Shown here piece by piece: positions 1 through 12,012 of a stretch of 64,000 bases of DNA. Numbering within the stretch: position 1 is the first letter of the stretch; each line of letters opens with the position of its first letter. The DNA is from Macrostomum lignano (lineage: Eukaryota). The stretch is taken from NCBI GenBank assembly GCA_002269645.1, contig NIVC01000070.1:1093494-1157493 (forward strand), read 5' to 3'. Under the pieces are notes generated by a model. It saw only the letters and a program-made list of their open reading frames with translations. It was not told where the DNA came from and did no database searches. Both the position numbers and the translations under genes were made by a program.

Positions 1-121
1 ACATGTACGTTTGCGCTCTAGTTTTCGGTTTAGTCTTAGTGAAATAATGCCAAAAATATTTTAAAGCGAGTTTACAGCATTTCTGTGCGATTCAAGTCCC
101 CGAGAGCAAAAAATCTCTCAC

Positions 122-927
122 CTTGAATCGTTCCAGCTTGTCAGCCTGCCGCATCATACACACTAGCAGGCTGCGCATGCAAGTCGTCACTCGGCCTTCG
201 AGATCGCGGAGTCGCGCTCGATCTTCGTCAACCTCTGCAGTTTTCTTGTAGGCGAGTGTTAGGGCCCAGACAGACATGGCGGCATAAGTATTGTCCCGGA
301 TATACGCATGGTCCTGATGCTCCCGGCTGGGAATAAGGCCAGTGATGGAGTCCTGGTGGTTCAGGATGGTCCTGAATACCAGATTATAGTAATAGTCTAG
401 AAGCTGTCTGGGTGACTGAAACAGTAGAATAATATTGGTTGAAATGTGCAAAAAGACCATAAACACTTTGGAAAACCACAACAAAAACAAGCAAAAAATC
501 AAAGCAGCTTCTAATAAGCAGACTATCATTATTTCTTAAAATTATTGAATTTAGAAAAAACTCTTGAAATTTTTTCGTAAAAAGTTATATTATAGCACTG
601 AACCATGAAAACTAAATAAGGATTCCAATATCAAGTAAAGAATAAGAAAAACTCTAAATATTAAATAATTGAAATGCTTTTCTAGAAATATTCATATGTG
701 TCTATCTTTTCATCAAAATTCTTTTCAGGTAAATAATATGGCATTAATAAGATATTAAGATAAAGATAAAGAAGATAAAAAGATATTATGGCATTCCGCA
801 TAAGAATAATATGGGATTTTTTAATTTGCTATTGACAAACTATTTAATTTTAGACAATTACTAAATCAGGAACATGTAAATTGTTTTATTATTACATATT
901 CATAAGAATATTTTTTTTTCTTACCAT
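122..927 (-). CDS. PHKA: Phosphorylase b kinase regulatory subunit alpha, 5' portion (exon 415..122; probable ATG-only coding exon 927..925); gene continues beyond the window start
   Basis: Exon 415..122 (AG at 417-416, GT at 121-120, 294 nt) encodes SPRQLLDYYYNLVFRTILNHQDSITGLIP...HAYIRDNTYAAMSVWALTLAYKK...CMRSLLVCMMRQADKLERFK, matching the recalled PHKA N-terminus ([25 protein letters not shown]...AWVRDNVY...LMRGLL.CMIRQ.DKVE.FK). A phase-0 ATG|GTAAG donor sits at 927-920; that start is less certain. Confidence 0.88.
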
Positions 928-2285
928 TCATTAGTACAGTTTCTAGCTTTAAAAATAAAAACATAGTTTATAATTATTGGACAGTGCAAATAGAAATGAG
1001 AGCAAAATAACTAAGCTTCACTATAAAATATCCTATTCCTGAGGCTTAGTACTCTTTAAAATTGCAGTAACGCGCTAGCTTGCTAATACTTGGTAAATTA
1101 AAACGGAAGTTTTAATTGTCTTTGACAGAGTAACACTTGTCTAACACTAAATAAGAAGTTCATTTGGCTTACACACCTACATGTGTGTACGTCGAGACTA
1201 AATTTATAAAATTGTGAATACTTAATCAATGCCAATGGTAAAAGCTAAAACGTTTTTTACAACTCTCCTTTCTATCACTCACAGTCTGTATGTGAATTTA
1301 GGCAATCAAAGAAAAATAATCAACATAAACACGTAATTTAAAAAATAGAATCGAATTATTGGTTTTGCTTCGACGACCTGTACTTACGCGGCTTGATGAT
1401 AATTATTTGAATTTGTTTCGCGTAAAGATCGTGTGAATTATAACAAACATTGCTATATATTTTCTTTTGCATTTAAATTCACCCAAATTTTAATATTTAT
1501 GAACAACATAAAACTAGCTTTAAAATGAGATGCTATAGATATGATAAAAAGCACCTGCAGTTTGCGTAGAAGTACAGTATGTCAATTCAAGAAACTAGCT
1601 AACTAAATATTACCATTACCACAAACTGGGGGCGCAAGGGGGCAGTGCCAGAGCCCAATTTAAAATTAGCTTAACTGCATTTGAGAACATATTTAGGGGA
1701 GGTCAAAGGTGATCAAAGACCCGGGAGATAAAAATTGTCTTTACTTCAGATACTTGCTTCGATCGTACATGTATATATAGTTGCCAAAAAACGCTTCCCT
1801 TCTTGGCGCTAGGGGTGGCGCTAAAATGACTGACCGGGAAACTGGCTTCATGTACATTTACATGTACAATTGGCTATATAATTAAGCTTATATAATTAAT
1901 TTTAGTCCCTTATATACGAGCTAGTGGACTATAAGAACTGCATGGGGATTCTTTCCCTTGGTAAAAAATGCGCGTCCCTTGACATCATGTTTAGAAATTT
2001 CTAACCAGAAGTTAAAACAGAAGTTAACCAGAAGTTAAAACAGAAGCCAGCACGATGAATTGTGGGGCGATACTTCTTAAATAATTTTATCCCGCACCTT
2101 CTGCCTCTACATGTAGATTGTTTAGGAAAAGTCGAGTACGAAAGCCACTGCTTACTGGATTTACCTCTCGGAACAGGATTGAAAAAATTAAGTGCAGAGC
2201 ATGGTTCCTAATTCTTTGCATTTTTCATTTCATCTAGCTACATGTATTTACATGATCTTCTCTCTCACCCCACAGACCATATATA

Positions 2286-2889
2286 CTGTCCGTCAAAAGT
2301 TCCGGAACCCTTGCTACGATGTCTTCTAGCGGACATAATTTCAGTCCGTTTCAATTGTAACTTGATTCAAATGAAAGCTGCGGATCTCAACTCCATGATG
2401 TGGTCAAGAAAAAGTTTATTCGAAGGAGCGCGTGTGAACAGGCCAGTGTTATGTACATAAAGGTCAGAGAAAAAAGTGAGGAAAAGACAAACAAGCAATT
2501 GTTTTTTACTCTTTTTTACTCTCCCATGAAAGCTGACTGCACAAGAATCCATAAGAGCCTGTTGATTTCAACACAAGTTTTGGCCATAGACTAATGTTAG
2601 CCAGGCTGAACACTGCGCGCAAACCGATTCCTTCCCATGTGTGTTTGCTCCATAGACTCAGCAACCATAGACAATTGCTTGTTTGTCTTTTCCTCACTTT
2701 TTTTTCTCTAACCTTTATGTACATAACACTGGCCTGTTCACACGCGCTCCTTCGAATAAACTTTTTCTTGACCACATCATGGAGCTGAGATCCGCAGCTT
2801 TCATTTGAATCAAGTTACAATTGAAACGGACTGAAATTATGTCCGCTAGAAGACATCGTAGCAAGGGTTCCGGAACTTTTGACGGACAG
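2286..2889. mobile_element. Foldback MITE with ~218-bp terminal inverted repeats, TA-flanked (Tc1/mariner-like, non-autonomous)
   Basis: 2286..2503 is a near-perfect reverse complement of 2671..2889 (CTGTCCGTCAAAAG...CTTTTGACGGACAG), with a 167-bp spacer and TA at 2284-2285 and 2890-2891. Confidence 0.85.
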
Positions 2890-3762
2890 TATAGAATGCT
2901 CTCACCCATGCACGATCAAGTATTCCTGTGTAATGTTGTCAAAAAACGGCTGCGGGTCTTTTGTGTCACGGGGTGGGGGCTGAGTGGCGCGGTTCATGTA
3001 TAGTAGGGGTTGGCAAACCCCGGTCCATATAATGCGGTCCGCGAAGCCTCTATAGCTATCCGACCCTCGGGTCTTTTATTAAAGCTTCTCAATAGCAATC
3101 CGCCCCGCTTAAGGTTTGTTTCGCTTCTCACTTTTCAGCTATTTTCGTTCCTCTCGTTTCTCTTTCTAATCTACGAGTACGTACGTACAGTACATGTGCA
3201 TGCAAATGTGAAGTACTCGTACATGCAAAATACAAAGTACATTTTTCACGACAGAAAACGGTCGAAAAATAATCTACTCAAAGCTCGAACAGACCGCCAA
3301 TAAATCTATGGCTTACATGCATTAAGGTCATAAAAATTATGTACTTGAATTCTGTTATGCATGCATGTAAAATACGTTTACATGTATATTAGTAATTGAG
3401 TTCAGAATTCATACTACCTAAGTGTAGGAAATCGTGCATAATAGAGCTACTTTATCACAGTTACTTATACCTCTGACGTTTTATCGTCCAAATATGAAGG
3501 CCCTCCATCACTCCGTGCCACCATCACTCGATTCTCTGTCACGCAACGATCAATTTTTTGCTGCAAAAAAAGTTTCTGAGAGCAGTTTAACTGTTAAAAT
3601 CGCGTTTTTCAATCTGCCACTTTATCTCTGTTTCTCGTTTGTCCTCAGTAATTGCTGGGGGTCAGCTCTAGCAACTGCTTTGCTTACAAAGCAAAAATGT
3701 AAAAAAAAGCATATTGAGCCACTGGCCACGTGGCCAGCGACCATTTCACTCAACCAAACAAT

Positions 3763-4679
3763 TGTAGAGAGTTATTAGACCATACCGTAATGCTCTACTT
3801 AAAGTAATATTCTAAGGAAGTCAATTTCTTTCAAAATGAGTCATATCTATTTTAGGAATCACGCGCAAACAGAATGATTTAGAACCCTACATTGTTTGAT
3901 CAAGGAACCGGATTTCAACAGCTGTATTTGTTTAACTCCATATATGGTAATGCTCAAACATGCATGACCGCTTAATCAAACATTTTTGACCTAAGTAAAT
4001 ACCCAATCCCAAACCGGTTTTTCTCCAAAATTTTGCTATAAATATAAGTGAAAATTCAAGTCAAAATTCAGACTCGGAGCGGTCTCTAAGAAGACACCGA
4101 AGAAATAAGAAGACCAATCTCTGAGGGACCATCCCTGTCCAATTGGTAAGCGTTTACCCGATTTAGTTAATTGTTAATAGCGCTAATAAAGTGATTGATT
4201 GAGTATACGAGAGCAGTTCATTGTCGATACATTTGAGAAAGGCCTCCTTGTTTCCTAGGATATTCCTAGAGGATTTATTGATTTAATTGAGTTATCCGTT
4301 ACGTTTCGGACGTAACGAAGAAGCCGCCCTTCAGGAGGACCTATCACAGAAAATTAGAGAATTCAATTGTTCATTAGGGCGCACGTTCTATTGTGAATTC
4401 CGAGCTCGAGGACCGTTAAGAAGTTCTGATTCGCTCTCGTTTGGTCGACCCACAGATAAAGTTAAGGACACCAAAGAAAAACAGTGGTTCACCGGAACCG
4501 GTCGCCGTAACCGCTCAGCAAGCTTGCTATCCCGACGCGCCACAGAACTCCACCGGCTGCCGACCCCAAGAGGATCCGCTGAAGTAAGTTATTTGAACTG
4601 ATAAATACCTAGGCACTTGTTCCCCCGTGTCTAGAAGTGGGAGTTTTTGAGTGACTGATCACCACTCTTAAACTCTTCA
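3763..4679 (+). repeat. 5' LTR (917 bp)
   Basis: Starts TGTAGAGAG, ends CTCTTCA; direct repeat of 6061..6977 at offset 2298 with no differences seen by eye; TATA-like TATAAATA near 4018 and AATAAA near 4184. Confidence 0.95.
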
Positions 4680-4681
4680 AC

Positions 4682-4699
4682 TGGTGATCTCGCCCAGGC
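4682..4699 (+). promoter_or_regulatory. Primer-binding site, probably tRNA-Val
   Basis: TGGTGATCTCGCCCAGGC 2 nt after the LTR; its complement reads GCCTGGGCGAGATCA-CCA, resembling invertebrate tRNA-Val 3' ends (GGTCTCG/CGAGATC stem, discriminator A). The tRNA identity is inferred from memory. Confidence 0.65.
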
Positions 4700-5044
4700 T
4701 CAAGCGCTACCAGGCTAGATCGCTGAAAGTACTTTGACACAAGTCCTTTGCGCAAATTTTTCTGAACTTTTTACCGAACCGCCATTGTTTGCATAGAGAC
4801 CCTTTGATTCTTCGTGCACCGTTTTATACTTTTGTTAAATTTGCGAATATCCTATCTCAATTTCTTTCTTTGGTAAAGGCAACACAGAATTTTTTTGCCC
4901 CCGTGTCCATTTTCCTTTCTTCCTTTAAGTAAATAAGAGCTTGCACACACACACAACACTTGTTCGCCACTTTGAAAGTCCAATCTGGAAAATCCTTTGG
5001 AAATTGATCCAGATCTGGTCCTCTTGCCGTTCCCATTTGAAAAT

Positions 5045-5851
5045 ATGGCTCGAAGAAACCCTACAGTGCATCGCGATGTCAAGGAAACTGTTGGAATGTA
5101 TACCATGGATAAAGATTTTAACACCTTCATTGAACACTTCGACCTTGTAACTCGCGAATACGGACTACAAAATCCAGAAAAGGCACTTCTTCTTCCTCCA
5201 CTGTTAGAAGGTACTGCTCGAGAAATTTATGGCAAACTAAATGCCGCCGCACAGCAAGACTATCATACTTTAGTTACACAACTGAGAGCACAATTCGCCA
5301 GATGTGGAACCAATCGATCTGTGCTTCTACACAAACTTCATAATCGAAAAATGAGTCCGACGGAATCCTTCCTTACTTTCGTCGATGACGTCCGCAAAAT
5401 TATTAAAGCGTTGCACCAGCCACCACCACCGAACCCAGGAGCTCAGCCTATCGGACCAGCAGAACTAGCTGCACGAGAAAGACAACGCCTTGCTGACCAA
5501 GAACAAAGCCTAATCCTCCATGTCATTAATAATGCTCAACCTTCGCTGCGAGACAGGTTGTTAAGAGAAACCATTGAGACAGAGGAACAATTAATTCGTT
5601 GCGGCATGCAATGGGAAGCAAGTGCCCCACTCCTGACTTCTCGTAGTAGTGATACGACACAATTGGGAGAACAATTGAGCAAACTCATGCAGCAGTACCA
5701 AACTTCTGCAATCATGCCACAGCGACAGAGATACGCTCCGCCACCCACTTGTTACACCTGTGGAAGAATTGGTCATTACGCCAGAGACTGCCGATCACGT
5801 GGCAATCCAAGACAATATAATGACAACCAAAGTAAACGATATACTGAATAA
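5045..5851 (+). CDS. gag: Retrotransposon Gag (268 aa from the first ATG) with capsid-like N-terminus and CCHC zinc knuckle
   Basis: Uninterrupted ORF; DFNTFIEHFDLV...KALLLPPLLEGTAREIY resembles gypsy capsid N-termini; CYTCGRIGHYARDC is a CX2CX4HX4C knuckle; lies between PBS and PPT. Confidence 0.9.
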   Translation: MARRNPTVHRDVKETVGMYTMDKDFNTFIEHFDLVTREYGLQNPEKALLLPPLLEGTAREIYGKLNAAAQQDYHTLVTQLRAQFARCGTNRSVLLHKLHNRKMSPTESFLTFVDDVRKIIKALHQPPPPNPGAQPIGPAELAARERQRLADQEQSLILHVINNAQPSLRDRLLRETIETEEQLIRCGMQWEASAPLLTSRSSDTTQLGEQLSKLMQQYQTSAIMPQRQRYAPPPTCYTCGRIGHYARDCRSRGNPRQYNDNQSKRYTE

Positions 5852-6045
5852 TACGCTTTCCTATTAACAATAACAATGCATCCTGCCAAGCAACACAATA
5901 ACAATGTGACCTACCTATCTACCTATCCATCTACTATACTACTACTGGTTCAAAATTTCTAATCCTTAAATACATTTTCATGTTTATTAGAAGATAAAAC
6001 CCCACTTCACCGCTTTAACTTTAAAATTCGGGACGAATTTTTCGT

Positions 6046-6057
6046 GAAAAGGGGAGA
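6046..6057 (+). promoter_or_regulatory. Polypurine tract
   Basis: GAAAAGGGGAGA, 3 nt upstream of the 3' LTR. Confidence 0.85.
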
Positions 6058-6060
6058 TAT

Positions 6061-6977
6061 TGTAGAGAGTTATTAGACCATACCGTAATGCTCTACTTAA
6101 AGTAATATTCTAAGGAAGTCAATTTCTTTCAAAATGAGTCATATCTATTTTAGGAATCACGCGCAAACAGAATGATTTAGAACCCTACATTGTTTGATCA
6201 AGGAACCGGATTTCAACAGCTGTATTTGTTTAACTCCATATATGGTAATGCTCAAACATGCATGACCGCTTAATCAAACATTTTTGACCTAAGTAAATAC
6301 CCAATCCCAAACCGGTTTTTCTCCAAAATTTTGCTATAAATATAAGTGAAAATTCAAGTCAAAATTCAGACTCGGAGCGGTCTCTAAGAAGACACCGAAG
6401 AAATAAGAAGACCAATCTCTGAGGGACCATCCCTGTCCAATTGGTAAGCGTTTACCCGATTTAGTTAATTGTTAATAGCGCTAATAAAGTGATTGATTGA
6501 GTATACGAGAGCAGTTCATTGTCGATACATTTGAGAAAGGCCTCCTTGTTTCCTAGGATATTCCTAGAGGATTTATTGATTTAATTGAGTTATCCGTTAC
6601 GTTTCGGACGTAACGAAGAAGCCGCCCTTCAGGAGGACCTATCACAGAAAATTAGAGAATTCAATTGTTCATTAGGGCGCACGTTCTATTGTGAATTCCG
6701 AGCTCGAGGACCGTTAAGAAGTTCTGATTCGCTCTCGTTTGGTCGACCCACAGATAAAGTTAAGGACACCAAAGAAAAACAGTGGTTCACCGGAACCGGT
6801 CGCCGTAACCGCTCAGCAAGCTTGCTATCCCGACGCGCCACAGAACTCCACCGGCTGCCGACCCCAAGAGGATCCGCTGAAGTAAGTTATTTGAACTGAT
6901 AAATACCTAGGCACTTGTTCCCCCGTGTCTAGAAGTGGGAGTTTTTGAGTGACTGATCACCACTCTTAAACTCTTCA
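6061..6977 (+). repeat. 3' LTR (917 bp)
   Basis: Same length and, by eye, same sequence as 3763..4679; followed by TSD CAAT. Confidence 0.95.
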
Positions 6978-7484
6978 CAATCGTGCCCTCTATTTTGCAA
7001 CATTGGATGAAGAGATAGCTATACAAAGTAGAGCAGATAGGATTGAGAGAAGAGTGCCAGGTCGCTACAGCAAACACAAGCACAAGTCCTGTAATTTATT
7101 AGGTTCATATAGAGGGTGCGTGTGCCGCAGTCACGTTTGTTAAAGTGCGCTTGCTAAAGCACAATAGAGTACGCGATCTATAGTGACACGCTTGCTCTAG
7201 TGCGAACTGCGCTTTAGATTGATTATACGCGAGAAAAATGGTTTGGAACAAATTTTTTCCGCATTTTGTCAGTTCATCTATATATGGTACATGGCGACCT
7301 ATATCAGTAGCAATTATTTCCTACATTACTGAGATAAATAAAGAGCTCCCTCCGCAACATGACTCAAACATTTGTAAATAATTTCAAATTGCTACACTAC
7401 AGTTCCTTCCATAATTCAATCCAACTCGCGATAATCCGCCCTGGTCTTGTAGGAAACTACTGCAGTAAAACTTGCGGTACATCA

Positions 7485-8084
<600 letters not shown>

Positions 8085-9548
8085 CTAATAGATTATTCTT
8101 CATGCGTTTTCTAACTTTAAAACTTTTTTTGTAAAAAGAATTTACTAAACATCCGCCGCAGATTTAAGGGTCTTAACTTCTTAAGCTGTTTCGAATGCAT
8201 CATTGAAACCATGCGACTTATGCGACTGCAGAATCTGCAGACCCCAAATAAAAGGAATGCAATTTAGCAAGCGTAAACCTGTATGAGTGAGACAATGAGA
8301 AAATGCAAACGGACAACGATGCAGCTAGCTTGAGCTTGAGTGCAGGCAGGCTACACACTAATTAACTGAGTTTGCGTGCAGGGAACTCTTTCTATACGGT
8401 GTTTTGCTGTTTCAACCGAGATGATGTGTTGGAATCGGTAGAGCGTTAATGCTTGGCGCCCCACCACTTCATCGCTACACAGCAAACAATGGAGGAGTTC
8501 CATGCAGCCGCAGCAGGCGTGTGAGAAGCAGGCGGTAATTGGAATGGATGGGTCGAAGATACCCTATGAGAAGCTGCCAGTTCATAAGTGCTCATTAGTA
8601 CGAGTGGCGTACAAGTGTCGTCTTTGTGCCGGACTGGTCAATTAACCAAGCCCAAGTAATGTTTTGCCATTTAATGCATTGAAGTGCAGCACTCAGGCAC
8701 TCTGCTTTAATGCTCGAAAGCTAATATCCATAGCTGATGGCTGTGTTTCATGTCTGCTTCAAAGAAACCCCCTAGCTGTTTCCTTTTTTCTGCTTCTTCT
8801 TTTGATCTCGTCTCAGGAGGACCCCAATAATACGCTCGTAACACGAAATCGCTTTCTAGTTGATTAATTATTTATCTAACTCACTCTCAATTTGTGCTAT
8901 GTTCATTGCAAATGGGTTTAAAAGTAGAAACTAAAATGACTCATTGAACGCTTCTTTTTCTAGAAGTCATGCGAACAAGGCACAAAATTATAGAATTCGT
9001 TTTCCTAATTTCCTAAGAGGTTCACATCAAAATCACTACGGCAAATATGAATCTTCGCTGTATCAAGATCTCGTAACAAGCTACGTGTACTTTAATCTGA
9101 CCCTGGGTAATTATTTTGATGGTCCAGGCACAGTCTGTTACCAAGGACTACGCTCGTACTTAGCAACACAGGACGTTACACTAGCAAATATGTGTCTACA
9201 TGGTTTTAGTGGCCTTGTTGCTTGTGAAGCAATGTGTCTAATACATTAATAGAAATTGAAGTCTAGTGAATTTCCTTTCCTTCCTTTTATGTGCGTGTAT
9301 TCCAACTAGTCATTTGTATTTTCTCCAAAAGATGAACGAGGTGAACATGCTTAACAAAGAACGAAAAAATACCAGAAATAACGGGATTCCTGGATGCGTT
9401 TTTAAAGTGAAGAAGCAACGAGAAGTAGCTAAGATAGCAACAATAATGATAATATCGAATGATAGGAACTACACTTCTTCAATTATTATACTTAATTGCT
9501 TGTAGCGCGATTCCTGAACGTGTCTAAAATGTAGAAGCAACACGAAGG

Positions 9549-10505
9549 GGGTCGCCATCATAAGCGCGCACCGGCACAAGCGCGCCTGTGTATTTTATGT
9601 CAAAGTCTGGCACAGGCGCGCAGAGGCATAAGCGCGCACGTTTTGACTTGCACAAGAGCGCGGTAGAGAGTGCTCAGCATTGGCATAAGCGCGCACCATC
9701 ACAAGACCGCATTTGGCATAAGCGCGCACCATTACAAGACCGCACTGGCATAAGCGCGCACCATCACAAGACCGCATTGGCATAAGCGCGCACCATCACA
9801 AGACCGCACTGGCATAAGCGCGCACCATCACAAGACCGCACTGGCATAAGCGCGCTATCAGAGTTTGGCACAAGCGCGCACTTCTGGCTCTGTGTTGCAA
9901 AAGCGCGCAGTCAAAGTTTGGCACAAGCGCGCAATGCAATAAATAAAAGCAGTTAAGTTGCTCCATCGTCTGTCACAAAGTAGTCGATTGTATTTGTACG
10001 AAGGAAATCGAATTAAAATCCTTTCGACCAGTGCTTTACATGTCTGTTAGAACAAAGATGTAACACCATCTGTCAAAGAAAAAGACTACTGAAGCGTATA
10101 GACTACTGAGCCGATTCTTTTCCCTTCGATTGGCTCCATTTCGTTTCAAACACTCCAACTGCGACTGAGACTGAGATTGTCTTATTTATCTAAGTCGCAG
10201 TATCTATCGACAGTGTACATGCTTACAATTGTGCGAACTGTGCCTCTGTTTACACCCTAACCCACCACCCCTTGTGCACTACAGCTTTGATTAAAATTTT
10301 TCTACACTATTAAGTCAGTCGCCAAATGAAGTGCGCCCTTGTGCTTTAGAGAGTAAATAATGCGCTCTTGCGCCAAAGTCTGACAGCGCGCTTATGCCAC
10401 AAGTGCGCGCCTCTGCCAGTGCGCGCCTCTGCCAGAGCGCGCTTGTGCCAGTGCGCGCCTCTGCTAGTGCGCGCATGTGCCGCTGCGCGCTTATGAAGCG
10501 TACCC
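9549..10505. mobile_element. Non-autonomous TIR DNA transposon with 8-bp TSD (GGGT...ACCC ends)
   Basis: TSD CACGAAGG at 9541-9548 and 10506-10513; imperfect TIRs GGGTCGCCATCATAAGCGCGCA versus reverse-complemented end GGGTACGCTTCATAAGCGCGCA; oppositely oriented GCGCGC-rich subterminal repeats, including a 32-bp tandem at ~9684..9850. Confidence 0.8.
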
Positions 10506-12012
10506 CACGAAGGCAGCAAAGATGACAAAGTTCAATCCTCAACATGAAAGCATCGAAAAAACCTTGATTAGGAAAGGTTTTCAAGTAAAGTGGTCAAGTT
10601 GGGATATAATATTCACAACTGTCTCACCAAACGTGTCTACTCGTACAATTTGGATGAGACGAATTACTTGGTTGAAAAAATTATGGATGAAGACTGTAAA
10701 TAGGGACGAGCCGGGCTACAAATGCGGATGCCCCGATAAAAGGTTTAATCATAAATGCCAAAACTGTACGTGCAAGCTTATCTGGAGTAATCCTATGCGG
10801 ACGTGACACCCACTAAGACGTACAGAAGGTTGGCAGAGTAGATGTGTCTCGACAATGTTTTGACAGTAGGAATCTGTCCCAACTATGCCCAGGCTGCCCA
10901 TGTGCCGTTTGAGAGTCGATGCCTTGCTTGCTTCATTCTAGCATCCTCCGCCCAATGCTTGCCGCGGCATACGCATAAGCTTCATTTTTTTACTCGTATT
11001 TTAAAGAATTTTTCAGAGCAGTACAGTAACAGTTACAGTAAATGATAGATTATCAATGAACTTCAGTCACCCAGCGTCAGCGGTGCCTGGTACTCGTATG
11101 GCCTCAAAGGCAACCTGTTAGCTCTATAATACAGCCTTCCCTTTACCCTAACTAAGTGAAACAGGCCAAATATTAGTGCAACTACTACTAGCTGGGCTGA
11201 TCGGTTGGTTGGAACGGAAATTTGTTGTAAATTTCCACTCGCAGCCCCTGTCACGGGGTAGAGAAACTGGCCTTGTTTTGGGAGTGGCGGGCGCCGGCTG
11301 GGGTGGTGGATCGGTACGAGAGAGCTGGAGTCGGGCACACCCGCCCCTCCAACCCCACCGCCCCATTGCCACCTGGGCACATTTTGTTCAAAATCTCTAA
11401 CTCCGTCAAGTCAGGACGTCAAGCTTTGGGCTTTCCTTGCCGGGCAGTGCACGGGTAGTGCCTGTACGAGTACGTTTACCGTACGCACGTCGCACAAGGC
11501 ACAAAATGGTTTTAAATAGAATAGAATAGTGAGTGCTATTTCAGAGCAGATTGGCAAGAATGCTGGCAAAATATTGTAGCGATCGGTCGGCTCCGCTCCA
11601 AACCCTCTTTCCCTTTCTTTCCTACCTTGCTTAACATGTCAGTCTTTTGCCAGATCTTGCGTTGAGGCTTTGCATTTCCTATGCGGTGGGTTTGACGCAC
11701 TGTGGAGTGGGTTAGGCTGGCTGGCATCGGACATTGGCTGAGGCCAAGAATGGGGTTGGCCGGATTCTCTCTCCTTGCATGCAGAGACCCTAGTGTTTTG
11801 TTAACAGATAGATGTACATAGAGTTACAGTCCCCTTCCTCACCCCTGCCCTCTGTAAGTTCTGTCAGTCGGCTAGCTTATATCATTTACAGCTGGCTCTG
11901 TATTTGCATACTCGCTTAGTGGCAAGAATCAAAACTGAACAGGCCTTCTCTGTTGAAATAATTAAACAATAGAAAATTTTGTCTTTGTTAGACAGCTGAC
12001 TAACTAACAACA

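Larger units (their letters stand above)
3763..6977 (+). mobile_element. Complete gag-only LTR retrotransposon (Ty3/gypsy-like, non-autonomous), 3215 bp
   Basis: Two 917-bp TG...CA LTRs (3763..4679, 6061..6977), TSD CAAT at 3759-3762 and 6978-6981, PBS after the 5' LTR, PPT before the 3' LTR, and one gag ORF in a 1381-bp interior with no PR/RT/RH/IN. Confidence 0.95.

Noticed and set aside
3004-3050. hAT/Charlie-like left end TAGGGGTTGGCAAACC...GCGGTCCGCGAAGCC
   Set aside because: No matching right end or second TSD found in the window; at most a fragment.
4287-4601. 104-aa ORF in each LTR (also 6585..6899)
   Set aside because: TTG start, no recognisable domain, lies within LTR sequence.
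4626-4643. GTGTCTAGAAGTGGGAG resembling a tRNA-Leu PBS
   Set aside because: It lies inside both LTRs, lacks the TGG start, and a correctly placed PBS exists at 4682.
11063-11760. GC-rich patch with several short ORFs upstream of GS copy 1
   Set aside because: No recognisable protein motif or element ends; cannot be supported as a gene or a retroelement.
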